Shown here: piece by piece, positions 23,840 to 35,403 of the stretch
Layout of the letters: each line of letters begins with the position of its first letter
Numbering within the stretch: the first letter of the stretch is position 1
Assembly (NCBI RefSeq): GCF_018350175.1
Contig: NC_058368.1
Location: forward strand, 18,292,001 to 18,352,000
Source of the DNA: Felis catus
Lineage: Eukaryota
Direction: 5' to 3'
DNA: 60,000 bases
The notes under the pieces: generated by a model
What the model saw: the letters and a program-made list of their open reading frames with translations, nothing else
Database searches by the model: none
Told to the model about the DNA's origin: nothing
Position numbers and translations under genes: made by a program

Positions 23840-24071
23840 TTTTTAAGTTTATTTATTTATTTGGGAAGGTGGGGGGAAGGAACAGAGAGGGAAGGAGAGA
23901 CAGAGACAGAGACAGAGACAGAGACAGAGACAAAGAGACAGAGAGAATCCCAAGCAGGTTCACACTGTCAGTGCAGAGCCCAATGTGGGGCTGGAACTCA
24001 CAAACCATGAGATCATGACCTGAGCCAAAACCAAGTCAGGTTTGTAACCGACTGAGCCATCCAGGCGTCTC
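23840..24071 (-). mobile_element. Older CanSINE containing (GAGACA)n
   Basis: TSD ATAACAAACACTTT at 23826-23839 and 24072-24085. Confidence 0.93.
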
Positions 24072-25239
24072 ATAACAAACACTTTCTGATAAAGCTCCTT
24101 GACTTACCACTTTTTGAAACCAGCCTTTGCTGGATTTAACGGTTGATGTTGACATATTATTCTGTGGATCTAGTCTATTTTTTTTTTCATGCGTTATATG
24201 TTTAGTCTCCGCAGTTAGTTTGCAATCTCTCAAGGGCAGAGAGTCCTTGTTGTTTTCCTTGGTGGTATTCACTTGGGGGAAACACTTCTTAACTCTTGTG
24301 ATTACAGGCCAAAGTCCCCACCCCTTTCCAGAAGGCGAGCCAAGCCTCCCATACACAGTACATTCAGATGGCAGTCTAGAGCTGATGCTCATGATTCATT
24401 CACTTAATATTTTTGATCGCCTACAACTTGCCAGAAGCTATTTTAAACTCAACAGTAAACAGACAAAAATTCCTGTCCTCGTGTGGCTTGGATTTTAGTG
24501 AAGGCAGAACAGATCAGAAACACTATAAATGAGGAAAATACTGAGTGAGTTAGCTGGTGCTGATTACCAAAGGGAACAAAGCACCTGAAGAGAGCCTCTG
24601 AATAAAGACCAAGAAAATGAGCGAGCGAACTGTGGAACGATCGGGAAGGAAACGTTCCTTACAATAGTTGCTCAAAATTACATATGCCACGTAACTGTAT
24701 AAACTTACGTGTTATGGCTATTATATGCACTTACTCACACACAAACCTTTGGAGTTGCACGGCTCCGTAGAAGGTGAGGTATGATGCATCTTTGTGGGTA
24801 CAGCTATTTGTTGGTGGAAGGAGAAGCAGTAATGGCAAACGAAGATCGGAGACTCGCTAGCTGTTTGTCCTGGGGCTTGCTATTTAATCCACGTACGTCT
24901 CAGCTCCTGGCCTCTGAGATGGATATTAAAATCTCTGCCTTAAAGGCCTAATATAAGGAAGTGAAAGGGTTATCAGACTTCTGCCATGTGGTAGAACCTC
25001 GGTGCCCTTCTTCCGAGTGATAGAAGTCAAGCCCCCACATCCATCTATTCATTTGTCAGTTTCAAAGTTACCAGTCAATGCATTCCAAAAGTGCTTTTCT
25101 GAACCTGTGTAATTGAAAAGGTTTCAAAATAGCCACAATTTAAAGAAGCTGTGCCCTTCATCATGTGGTCGAAACGTGGGGCCCGATCTTGGTATTCGGA
25201 GCATCGTAGCTATACAATAATCTAGCACAGTCCCACTAC

Positions 25240-25401
25240 TGATAAAATAAGCAGATCAGCCTCTTACTACTGCTGTGAGTAATATAATCTTTGGTCTCTG
25301 ATTCAGGTGTCTCATGTCCTTTACCAGCATCCATGAGACTGTTGCAGACTGGCTTCTTAGTTTGCAAGGGGGGTAAAACCTCAGACCTTTCAGTTTTGAC
25401 A
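25240..25401 (+). mobile_element. ERVL-type LTR 3' end remnant
   Basis: TTTGGTCTCTGATTCAGGTGTCTCATG...CCAGCATCCATGAGACTG...TTGCAAGGGGGGTAAAACCTCAGACC...TGACA resembles a recalled MER-class LTR terminus. Confidence 0.5.
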
Positions 25402-26069
25402 CTGATAATGTATCGGAAGGGTAGTGTGTGTATGTGTGTGTGTGTGACTTTCCACGTAAATGATGTGAGGTGGTTTGAAACTCCTGATAAACTAGCAAAA
25501 TTACTAAAATTTTTACAAAGGCTGTCTCCATAACTTACATTTCAAAGCTGGTGATTATCCACTAGATTATAGATTCTTAACCGGAAAGAACTATGCCTTC
25601 ATTTCTGAAGTCATGGCACCTTGTTCTATGCCTGACACATAGTAGGTGTTCAAACGATATTTGTGGAGCCAAAGTTGAATGGAACGTACCCTAATAGAGT
25701 GGCTTTTTATTGAACAGTCTCTTCTAATAATTTCATTTGAGGATTATTAGGCCTTAATATTATATAGTGATACTAGTAATATTTTGAGTACCAATAAAAT
25801 TGTGCATTTTACTATGGTTTTATCAAAAGTTATAGTTTTTCCTCAAAGGCTGATTATCAAGCTGTGCTACATCTCCAAATGTGTTTTGATTATATCCAAC
25901 CTCATGGAATAGAGCAGAGTTGGCAAGTTAAGATATTTTTCTTCTCTGTTAGGTTTCTTTGCCTCTAAAATAAAAGCAATTAGACAAAAAGGAGGTTTAA
26001 AATCATTTCGACTTAAAGACTCTGTGATTCTGTGGTTCTGATCTCCTATTTATTTTTCTCCTGTGAATC

Positions 26070-26150
26070 TTTTTTTTTTAAAGTTGATTTAGGGAGAGAG
26101 AGAGAACCAGTGGGGCCAGAGAGAGAGAGAGAGAATCTCACTCAGGGATT
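26070..26150 (-). mobile_element. 5'-truncated CanSINE (tail and GA-rich segment only)
   Basis: T tail plus (GA)n...GAATCTCA; TSD CCTGTGAATCT / CCTATGAATCT. Confidence 0.7.
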
Positions 26151-26567
26151 TCCCGCCCCTATGAATCTAAAGAGCACTGATATTCACCTAAAAGTAATTC
26201 TCTTTAACTCACATGTTCCGGGATTCACTTTGTCTCTTCAGGAAGGCACACGTGTTTTTGCTGGGAATGGAAAAATAGAAACCAAAAGTAATCCACCGCG
26301 AGGGAGAAGTTGTGCCAATCCCAGGTTTTATGGTTCTTTGTACATTCGAGGCTGGCATTCTCTGTCACAGCGCATTCCAGACATTTTATCTGGGCCCGGA
26401 AATGTCAGCTGCTCTGCGGGTCTGGGCCGGATGGAGGTCAGGGCTGGAGCTGAAGTCTGGGAATGGTCCTTCCGGAGTTCCCATCGATGTTCTGCTTCAC
26501 CCGGATATCTTTGGAATAGAGGACTGAAGAAATAAATACTCAAAATAACTACTAAAAATATTGCTGT

Positions 26568-26693
26568 GGGGCCCCTGGGGGCCTCAGTCGGTTAAGCCTC
26601 TGACTCTTGGTTTCTGCGGAGGTCATGATCTCACGGCTCGTGGGTTCGAGCCCCTTGTCGGGCTCTCCACTGCCAGTGCGAAGCCTGCTTGGG

Positions 26694-26735
<42 letters not shown>

Positions 26736-26794
26736 TACCCCTCCCCTGCTCATGCGCTCTCTCTCTCTCTCTCTCCAAATAAATAGATAAACTT
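26568..26794 (+). mobile_element. CanSINE carrying an internal (TG)n microsatellite
   Basis: TSD AAAATATTG(C/T)TGTG; (TG)n at about 26698-26733 where the CT-rich segment normally begins. Confidence 0.93.
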
Positions 26795-28139
26795 AAAATA
26801 TTGTTGTGAATGAAAATTTCAGTTTAATGGTTGAAAGCATGCGGTTTAAAGGCAGACAGATCTTACATCCTAGCCTGGGAATTAAACCTATGTCCCGGGG
26901 CTAAGCAAGGAGTAATGGCATCTGCTGTGGCCCCAGCACTGTGACTGCCCTATAGAAAAGGTTCAGGGATCTTAATTGTCGCTATCGCTATCTCGTGTAT
27001 TATTTGGGTGCCAGAGAGGCATGGCCAGAAAGAAACGCATTTGCCTTCTCAGTGGCTTGAGGTAGGGTGGGAATGAGGTTGGGTGTGGGGTCCAGAAAGG
27101 GGCTGGGGCAAAAGAAAAAATAACAGCTGTGAGCGGTAGATAGACTGTTAGAAATAAGACTGTTAGAGAAGGTTCTGACTCAAGTAACGTCTCCACATCT
27201 GGAGGGCCTGGGGTGGGGGTGGACGGGGAGGGTTCGGTGTTTTCATTCTTGTTACCTGTGCTTGGGAGACAAGAGTCTCATAAAGATTAACCACTCCGCA
27301 GGTGTTTTGAATAAAAAAAAATGATGAAGCCTGGGACCTGTATTCTGGCCTCAGAATTCCTTTCCGCCCGTCCGAGGGTCTTCCGTAAACTATATTGTGA
27401 AGGGATCGTTGCACTAATTCCCTTAGAACTTAATGCCTCTTTTCTAAGAAAAGCGTATGTACCTTTTCTGGCTGAAATCTCCCTGAATGTGCTGCCAAAC
27501 CTTTTCCACAACAAACCGGCACGTAGCAATCGGTCGGTGGTACTGAAATTCCACAGAGGAGGAGAGAGGTACACAGTGTAGGGAAGGACTGGCTCGTCTA
27601 AACCTCGACTTGTTAACCTCCGACGTGAAGATGGTAAGCTTCAGAGATGTTTCAGTCCACAAACGCTGTGTGCACTACTCCTTGCAACTTGGGACGTGCA
27701 GGAGGGAAAAGGTTTGTGCATATCTGTCGTTGGACACGCACACGCGTTCACGCTCGCGCGTATGCCTGTGTGTGCGCACCTTTGGGTAAGAGATTGTGAA
27801 GGGGACATCAAAGAGGAAACCCGAAAGGGGAGGGAATCGTTACTGAAGCTTGATGTTAAAAGGAATACTGAGTCAATGTTATTCTGGGCAGCACACACAG
27901 ATTTCAACTTAGAAACTGGCAAGTTGGTTATGTGTTTCAGATGAGCAAAGTGCATACTTTCAGAATGATGGAAGAATATTTCAACATGAATTTTAACAAG
28001 TTTTTTTTTTTTTTTTTTACCGATGAAAAGTGCCAGGCTCGACCAGACTGAGCTGAGCCACCACCATTTGACCTGGGGCCACACTTTCTCAAGGTAGCAG
28101 GATACTCCCTGGTGAGCCAGGCCGTGCTTTGGGGAAGAG

Positions 28140-28165
28140 GTGTGTGTGTGTGTGTGTGTGTGTGT
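28140..28165 (+). repeat. (TG)n microsatellite
   Basis: Direct reading. Confidence 0.95.
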
Positions 28166-31100
28166 AAGAAATGATATAGCATGAGCCATGGGCCTACTTC
28201 ATTTTCTGCCTGGCTTCGCTGCAGATTATCTGGACAAGCTTCCCCACCCCTCTCTGAAAGTCAAGGAGCCTCCACAGCTAGCCAGCCCTCGCTGTGCAAG
28301 AGACAAATATTTAACGTTGCAAAGCCTGAGTCAGGAGCCAGCGACTCAGGTTTCAAATTGACATAAGCAATTTACTGACAACCCTTTGCCTTCATTTTCC
28401 TATCTGTAAAACAGTTGTGCTCACCGCGCTAAATTTAAGAAGATGTTGAGGGAACGAATATGACAGCTATAACATCTATGAGTCACTCTGAGCTCCTTCC
28501 TAGAATGACAACTCTTGGGAGCTGCTTGAAGGGCAATTGCCTAGCTCAAATCATCCTCCTCGCAGAATCACCTCTCCCACCCCAGGACCTGGCCCGAGCA
28601 GATGGATCATTCGACATGCCATTGAGCTCCTGGCCAGGGTTAGTTAAACCAAAGGTGAAAAGGGAGAGCCAGTCTCTAGGTAAGCTGAAACTATTAGTGT
28701 CTCTTTCTCAGAAATTTGGAAGGGGGACCTATAACCTGGATCGGTCAGTTGAGAGTCCTGAGACCGGGAAGTGATGTGGAGCAAGGGTCCAGAAATGCAG
28801 GAAAAGTCAGTCTATAAAGGCAGACATGATACCAGTCCACAGAGAGAAGCAGATGGCCCACAGAGGCTCCTCAGAGAAGATGCTTGTTCCCGATTCTGCT
28901 CCAATTCCTTGTTCCAGGCCTTCACGCACCCCGGATCCTCTTTCTGCCCTGATCTCCAAGTGATAATCTCATCTCCTTCCAACAAATTTCACATTCCAGC
29001 TTACGCAAGTTGAAGTGAGTCTGTAGCCTGGAACCGAATGATTCCTACTCTGAATTTCTTATCTCAGAGAAGCTAGCAATGTCATTGACATATAAGGATC
29101 CTCAACAAGATTTTTATAAGACAAGCAGATTCCTTCAAAACCCTTCAGAAGAAAATACTAGCTCCCTGATTGTTCCTGGGCGTTCTCGTCCGTCAAGGCA
29201 GCTGAGTACAACTCGAAACCAAGTCTAGAACTCAGCCATTTGTAGAGTTCTTATTTTTATTAGAGCACTGAAAGATGGCCAGTCTTAAGCCACTCCACAG
29301 CCAAGCTGAGTTTTGACACACAGTGTCAAAAAACACACAGTGAATTTATCCACACACAGGTAGAACTCCAGCTTTCCAGCCAGCCCTGGCTGCCCCATGT
29401 CAACTGGTGAGATGTGGATGCTGTTCACAGCACATATGGTCAATCTGAAATATGCTCTCAAGAATATCAAATGGGCCAGCAAAATTTGGAACTGAGACCA
29501 GAAGCCGTCTACCGTCACTGTCCAGCCTTCACCGGAGGTGTGAGAAGTCAAGTTGTTTCTGTTCACAGGGAATCTGGGTGAATCATGACCATTTCTGTCA
29601 GCCTGAGGTTGAAAGTGAAACCCTATTCAACCATCAAGATTTGCTCAACCGGAGGCTGGTTATGGTGGGAAGCAAAGCACAGCATTTACTCATAAGTAGT
29701 CCCAGACCTGTAGGTGGAGAGCTTTCCTTTCTGATACCCGGCTCATCACATCATCAAAGAGTACGTCTCCCCCCAGCCCTACCCCCTTTCATAGAAAGGC
29801 CAATCATTGTTTTTAAAAGATCATAGATAAAAGAGCTGAATACTAGTTCTAACACCTGCTATGTGTCCTGGAGCAAATTATTGGCTTCCTCGAGCCTCAA
29901 TTTCCCTATATTTAAAGCGTGAGGGTTCGACCACATCACCTTTAAGGTTTCTTTAAGGTCTAAAAATGAATGGCCCTTTTCCTTATGCTAGAAACTCTTT
30001 GGAGCAGAGACCATATTTTCAATTTCCATCATCCCCTCCACAGCGACTGACTTTCCTAAACATGGGTGAACGCCCCATGAAAATTGAAGAGCCAATCAAA
30101 CTTTCTCTAAAAGCATACTCTTAGGTGTCATAAACCCTGGTACTTAAACCACAAATCGGACCAACAACAAAGCTCCCCTTTCCCTCCAGTGACTCCATCA
30201 CAACGAGAGATTATTATCAAAAATGATGTTCCATCTTGCAATTTTTCCAGAGAGGTGAAACTTCCAAATTGATACCTATAAGCCCCATTTTTCTGTAGAT
30301 GCCAACAGCTACTCATATTTACCCACAGAAGAAGGGGGGTTCCTAGGAAAATAAAAATGTAATTTAACTCCCCTTCGGTGGAACTTATGGGTAAACATAG
30401 GAGATTGGCATTGCCCGTTCTCCCAATGGCTCTAGCTGAGAATATCGTGACAGGGCACACCCCTCACCCAAAAGCAGCCACATAGAGGGCAGTTCATTTC
30501 CCTGGCCTCCCAGACTGTTCTCCCGCTGCCTCCTGCCTCGTTAATCAGATGGGAGGTGTTCCCTCATCGAGCTAGCAGAGGGCACTCTCGTGAGAAAAAG
30601 GCCAAGAACCGTGCCTCCTCTAGAAATGTCACCAACACCCCCTTGTGAAACAATAAGGAGACATTCATGTAACACCCCGGTGTTTGATTGGTGCCGGACG
30701 GTGTTCACTTACTCTAGTGGTGCCGGAGACCCTGATCACCTTCTCAGCCATTATGAGCAAGGCATCGTGAACAGGAACTTCCTGTTTGATGCAGAAACGT
30801 TTGACCCAAAATGCATCCATCTTGGAGGATGAGCGAACGTGCACGATAAGCAACTCACTCTTGGAAATCTAGTAAGACAGTTCTCTTGAAAATGAGTGTG
30901 TAAAGGGCCGAATGTAACAGAAATTCTAGCGCCTTCTGCAGGCTGCTCAGTGTCTGTTCCTTCCATTCATGGACGAATGAATATTATTTTGAGCTGAAGT
31001 GACTTTGCATACACATGAATATGTCCTTTTTTCTTCAATTTTATTAAAAAGGAAGAAAGGAAATATACTAGCAGCAAATGATTGAATACTTTACTAACTT

Positions 31101-34099
31101 TTAAAAAATTATCCATATCATGACGCATTGAACACTTACTGATGTATAACTTCATAAGATATTTTAGCATGGGCCTTTGGATCATTTCTTTTATAATCAT
31201 CGCCACAGTGATTTTTATGGACAAATCACATTTTCATGGTAGTCCCTGAGATCTCTGTTCCCCACACAGTACAGGCTCATTTGTCCCCTCTCCTGTCCCC
31301 TCTCCTCCTTTAAAGAGGCAGGTATTATCCTGTATTGTCATCCCTGGCTTGTGAATGTATCTCCCTCGACAGGCCAGGGATCCCTTGAAACAAAGGAGTC
31401 TCCTTCCTTTCTGTCTGAATTACTGGTACTTAGCAATTGGTATATGTTAGATACATAATAAATAATTTTTGTCAAAGAAACAAGTAAATTTGCCAATGCC
31501 GAACCATATTATAGAATGTAAAAAAAAATGAAGTCTAAAGTTTAATGGGCAAAAAGCAAAACAAAACAAAAACTTAATTTGTAGTACTTTCCTGTTTGAC
31601 TGCCATCATCACTTTTTCTCCAATAAGCAATTGGTAAGTTAAAGGTAAATGTTAAACCCTCACTAATAACAGTGCATCATACAGAAGGAATATCAAGCAA
31701 GAAAAAAAAATGCGTTTTGGGTCAACTTGAGTTTTCTCCCAAATATTTAAAAGTTGAGATTGTTCAACAGAAGGAATTTAATTCATATCCAGAGTAGTTC
31801 AGTGAGTCTTTTTTGGAAGAGATCTCTGTCAAGATGAAATGACACAGTCTGTTTGAGCTCAGTCCAAGCATTTTAGAACATGTTGCCTTCACTTTTGAAA
31901 GTCCAAAATAGTGGATCTAAAAAAAAAAAATCCATGAAGATTTTTTTCCTGAATGGAACATTCCATTTTGGTGCAGTTTGTTGCTTTTCTTCCATCTTGT
32001 TCTTATTACTGTTTTTACCAAGTCCTTGCCGTTATTATTTCTCTCCAAGCCCATGCATCCATACCCGGTAACCCAAGGTTATTTTGATGGAGCATGTTGG
32101 CCATGGTCAAGGTCGGAGGAAATAAGCACCTGGCCTTCACCACAAAGTTTAAAAATTTGTTGTTTGTGGAACCATATCAGATTATTTTTCTCATTCAAAA
32201 TCTTACTGAAAGAAAAAACTTAACACACTCTGGGGTAGCTTCGTGTTGGGGACACTGTGCATAATGGACTCTTTTGTTTCTTCACTCTTCATGGGACAGA
32301 GCAGGCACTGAGCCCCCAACAAGGTCACATGATTAAGATTACCCCATTTTTGTTTTCTGCTTCAAGGTCTCTGGACTAGGAGAAATCTGGTGACCTGCAA
32401 AGCTGGGTAGAAAATGGCAATTTGATAATATCGTTTATCTAGGAAAGAGCTTCAGGGAACATGACCTTCTGGATTTAGCTCTGGATTACACTTTGTGGAA
32501 GCCTCTCTCACCAAAAATAAAACACTAGTGACACTATTGGATGCTTACCTTGAACTTTTGTTACTGATACGACGCTTTTCTCAAAGGAAGAGGGAATAGA
32601 TTGAGGAGGGGGCGGCGGTGGTTAGATGTTTCTTCCTTCCATGTCTGACTTGAACATCATCCATTTATACGTACTTGGTCCCAGCCTCTGTTAATGGAGT
32701 GGAATATGGGAATGTAAGGTGAGAATAGAAAGCAGTCACACAAAAGAATCTCCGCCTAAGAAAGGACTTTGAAGTATTTCTATTCTACCCAGTTATCTGC
32801 AGTTGAAATTACTCTACAATGTCTCTGCCAAGCTGTTACCTGGTGTCTAGTTATAATAAAAAGTGAATAAGACAGCACACTCTGAGTGTGGTTATCACTG
32901 CCCTCAGAAGGATGCAATTTACTCAGAGCCACCTTTTGGAAACCTAAATGTTTTGGCAATAGGTGATGACTTTCTGACTTCAGGCATTTTGGGTCGATGA
33001 TCTGATTAGATCATTGGTCAGAATGCTGAGTTACACCTTCCTTCCTTAGGTCTAGGAAGACTTACTGACTTGCCAGGTTATCTGGCAAGAAGGAGAGCTC
33101 CAGATGAGGTGGGAAAAAAGCCCAATGTTCTGCAAGTCCCTTGGCTGTCCACACATCTGTGGCCACCCCTTAGCTGGCCCTGTTGAAAGGGCCTAGAAGG
33201 GTCTCTTTCCCTCCGCCATATGTCACCTTATCTCGCCATCCAAGGGCAGGCTGCTTTGTGCTCTGATCTGTGGCCTGACCTCTCCCGAGGAATTGTTTGT
33301 CCCACCAGATGTCTCAAGAGTCTGGTTCAGGCCACAGATTCAGACTCCGGGATTTCCCTTCTTCCTACCAATTCTGTCATTGCCACTCATGGACACCACT
33401 ACTCACCGAAGCTCCATTTCTTCCTCTTCCTTTTGTTTAAGTCATAAAGCTTGCCAGTATGAGAGTGAAAAATGGACATATTCGTGTAGTCTTTGTTTTT
33501 AAACAATTAGCCGAAAATTAAGTAAATCCTTGCTTTCTTTTAAGGAGCTGAGAACCTTCACTCAATACCTATTTACTGAGCACCTGCTACGTACCAGGCA
33601 TCGTTTCCCCTTAGGAGTCCAGCTGGTAGGTTTTTTTCAAATCCCTCCATTGTTTTGAAATACACATTAGCTCTGAAATGGACAGATCTTTTTTTGTTTG
33701 TTTTTAAACATCATTTTAATGGCTTGTTTACCGGACTCTCCAGCTCCCCCCAAGCACCATCTTTCTGGAATTTTCTACTCCAAGAGATGGAGGGGTGGAG
33801 TTCTGTTCTACACCAAAGAGATAGCTGGCACTCAGCTAATAAGTGATATGGTAGAGGAGGGGAACTGTCGGAAAATGTAATTATTAAATCAGAGATGAAT
33901 GGTAGGGCTTTCCGCAACAGAATTGCTTGAAGCTCCTTCTTAAAAAAAGAGCTAGAATTTCTTATCTTCCTTTCCTTTTAGCAACCAGACTTCCCCTTGT
34001 GGCTCTTAAAAGCAACCAAAGCTCCTTTTGGCTCCATAGCTTGCCAATGACTAAACACAGTCTCAATGTACCTTTTCAGCTCTAAGTAACACTGGAGAT

Positions 34100-34560
34100 G
34101 CCAAAATTCAGCAAGCTAGTAAATCACATGGAATATTAGTATTGGAGCCCATAGTCTTCTACCTATTAGTACTACCTGCTATAATAACAGAATCCAAGGG
34201 ATCCACCTGAAAATAGACCCCCAAAAGACTCCTTTATCATTTGCTGACAAAGAAGTCTGGACAGAGGCTCAATGTATTTTCTACCACTCCTTTTCTTCTC
34301 CTCCCATGTGATGCAGGACCGCTGTAACCTGAAGGAACTGTTACTTCAACCCTGAAGTTAGAGTGGCAGATGGTCAGTTCCCTTCCTTCGGGGATCACGA
34401 TGCCTGAGTTCTCATGTGATGTGAGACCCACTGAGATGACTATAGCTACTGTCCCATGAGGCCAATGGCTGCTTCTCAGAAGATCCAGAAAAAGGAGGGA
34501 CAGTGGGGTATCAAAGGTAGAGCTGTGGAAGTGGTCCTTCTGAATGCAGGTAATAAAGGG
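34100..34560 (-). mobile_element. Possible decayed ERVL/MaLR internal fragment
   Basis: Weak recalled resemblance to ERVL-MaLR internal sequence; no intact retroviral motif in the 153-aa ORF. Confidence 0.3.
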
Positions 34561-35019
34561 GTACGGGATTTGTAGAGAATTTACAAGCAGCGATAAAATC
34601 AGGTGCAAGTCTGTCTGTTTTTTATTATCTCCATGCACTGGCACTTCTAAAAATGTCAGTGATAAAACACGCCTTCCTAAAAAAAAATCTTTTTTCATCT
34701 CTAATGTTTAGAATAATTGCTGAAGTTTTTATTGATTTTACACATAAAAGTATTATATCAAATTAGCATGCTTTGATTATGCGTTCTTTACTAAGCACGG
34801 TGTTTTACGTAGAACTTAATGAAGAGAATCCCCCTTTCCCCACCGGCCCCCACCCACGCCAACTGAGCAGCACAGTTTCTTTCAAGAGTCTGTGGCTAGC
34901 GATTTGGAATTGTTCAAGCTTGTTTCAGTGACAGTGTACTTTTCATTTTCTACGGTGCTACACATTCCTGCAATTAAATAATAGATACAAAACAAACAAT
35001 AAAAAAACAATCATGGGAT

Positions 35020-35403
35020 ATTCGTCAGCTTGGGCTGCATAACAAAATAGCACGGACTAGGGGGCTTAAACATAACAATTTTCTCGCCGTTCTGAAGGCT
35101 AGACGTACAAGATCAAAGTGCTAGCAACACTGATTTCTCTTGAGGCCTCTCTCTTCCACTTGTAGATGGCCATCTTCTCACGAAGTCCTCAAATGGCCTC
35201 TCTTCTGTGCACAGCCAGAGACAGATGTCCAGTGTCTTTCTCTTATTACATCAGCAATCCTACAAGGTCAGGGCCTACCCTCATGACATTGCTTATCCTT
35301 AGTTACCTCCATAAAGGCCCCATCTCCAAATACAATCACATTGGGGATTAGAACTGCAACATATGGATTTGGTGGGGAGGGGATATAATTCCGTCCATAA
35401 CAC
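35020..35403 (-). mobile_element. MaLR solo LTR (MLT1A/B-like)
   Basis: GGGCTGCATAACAAAATAGCACGGACTAGGGGGCTTAAAC...AAAGGCCCCATCTCCAAATACAATCACATTGGGGATTAG...TCCATAACA terminus. Confidence 0.88.

Noticed and set aside
26032..26535. 167-aa ORF
   Set aside because: Non-ATG start, begins through a SINE tail fragment, no domain features.
34237..34698. 153-aa ORF as a retroviral protein
   Set aside because: No protease, RT, integrase or dUTPase catalytic motifs visible; at best decayed ERV-internal DNA.
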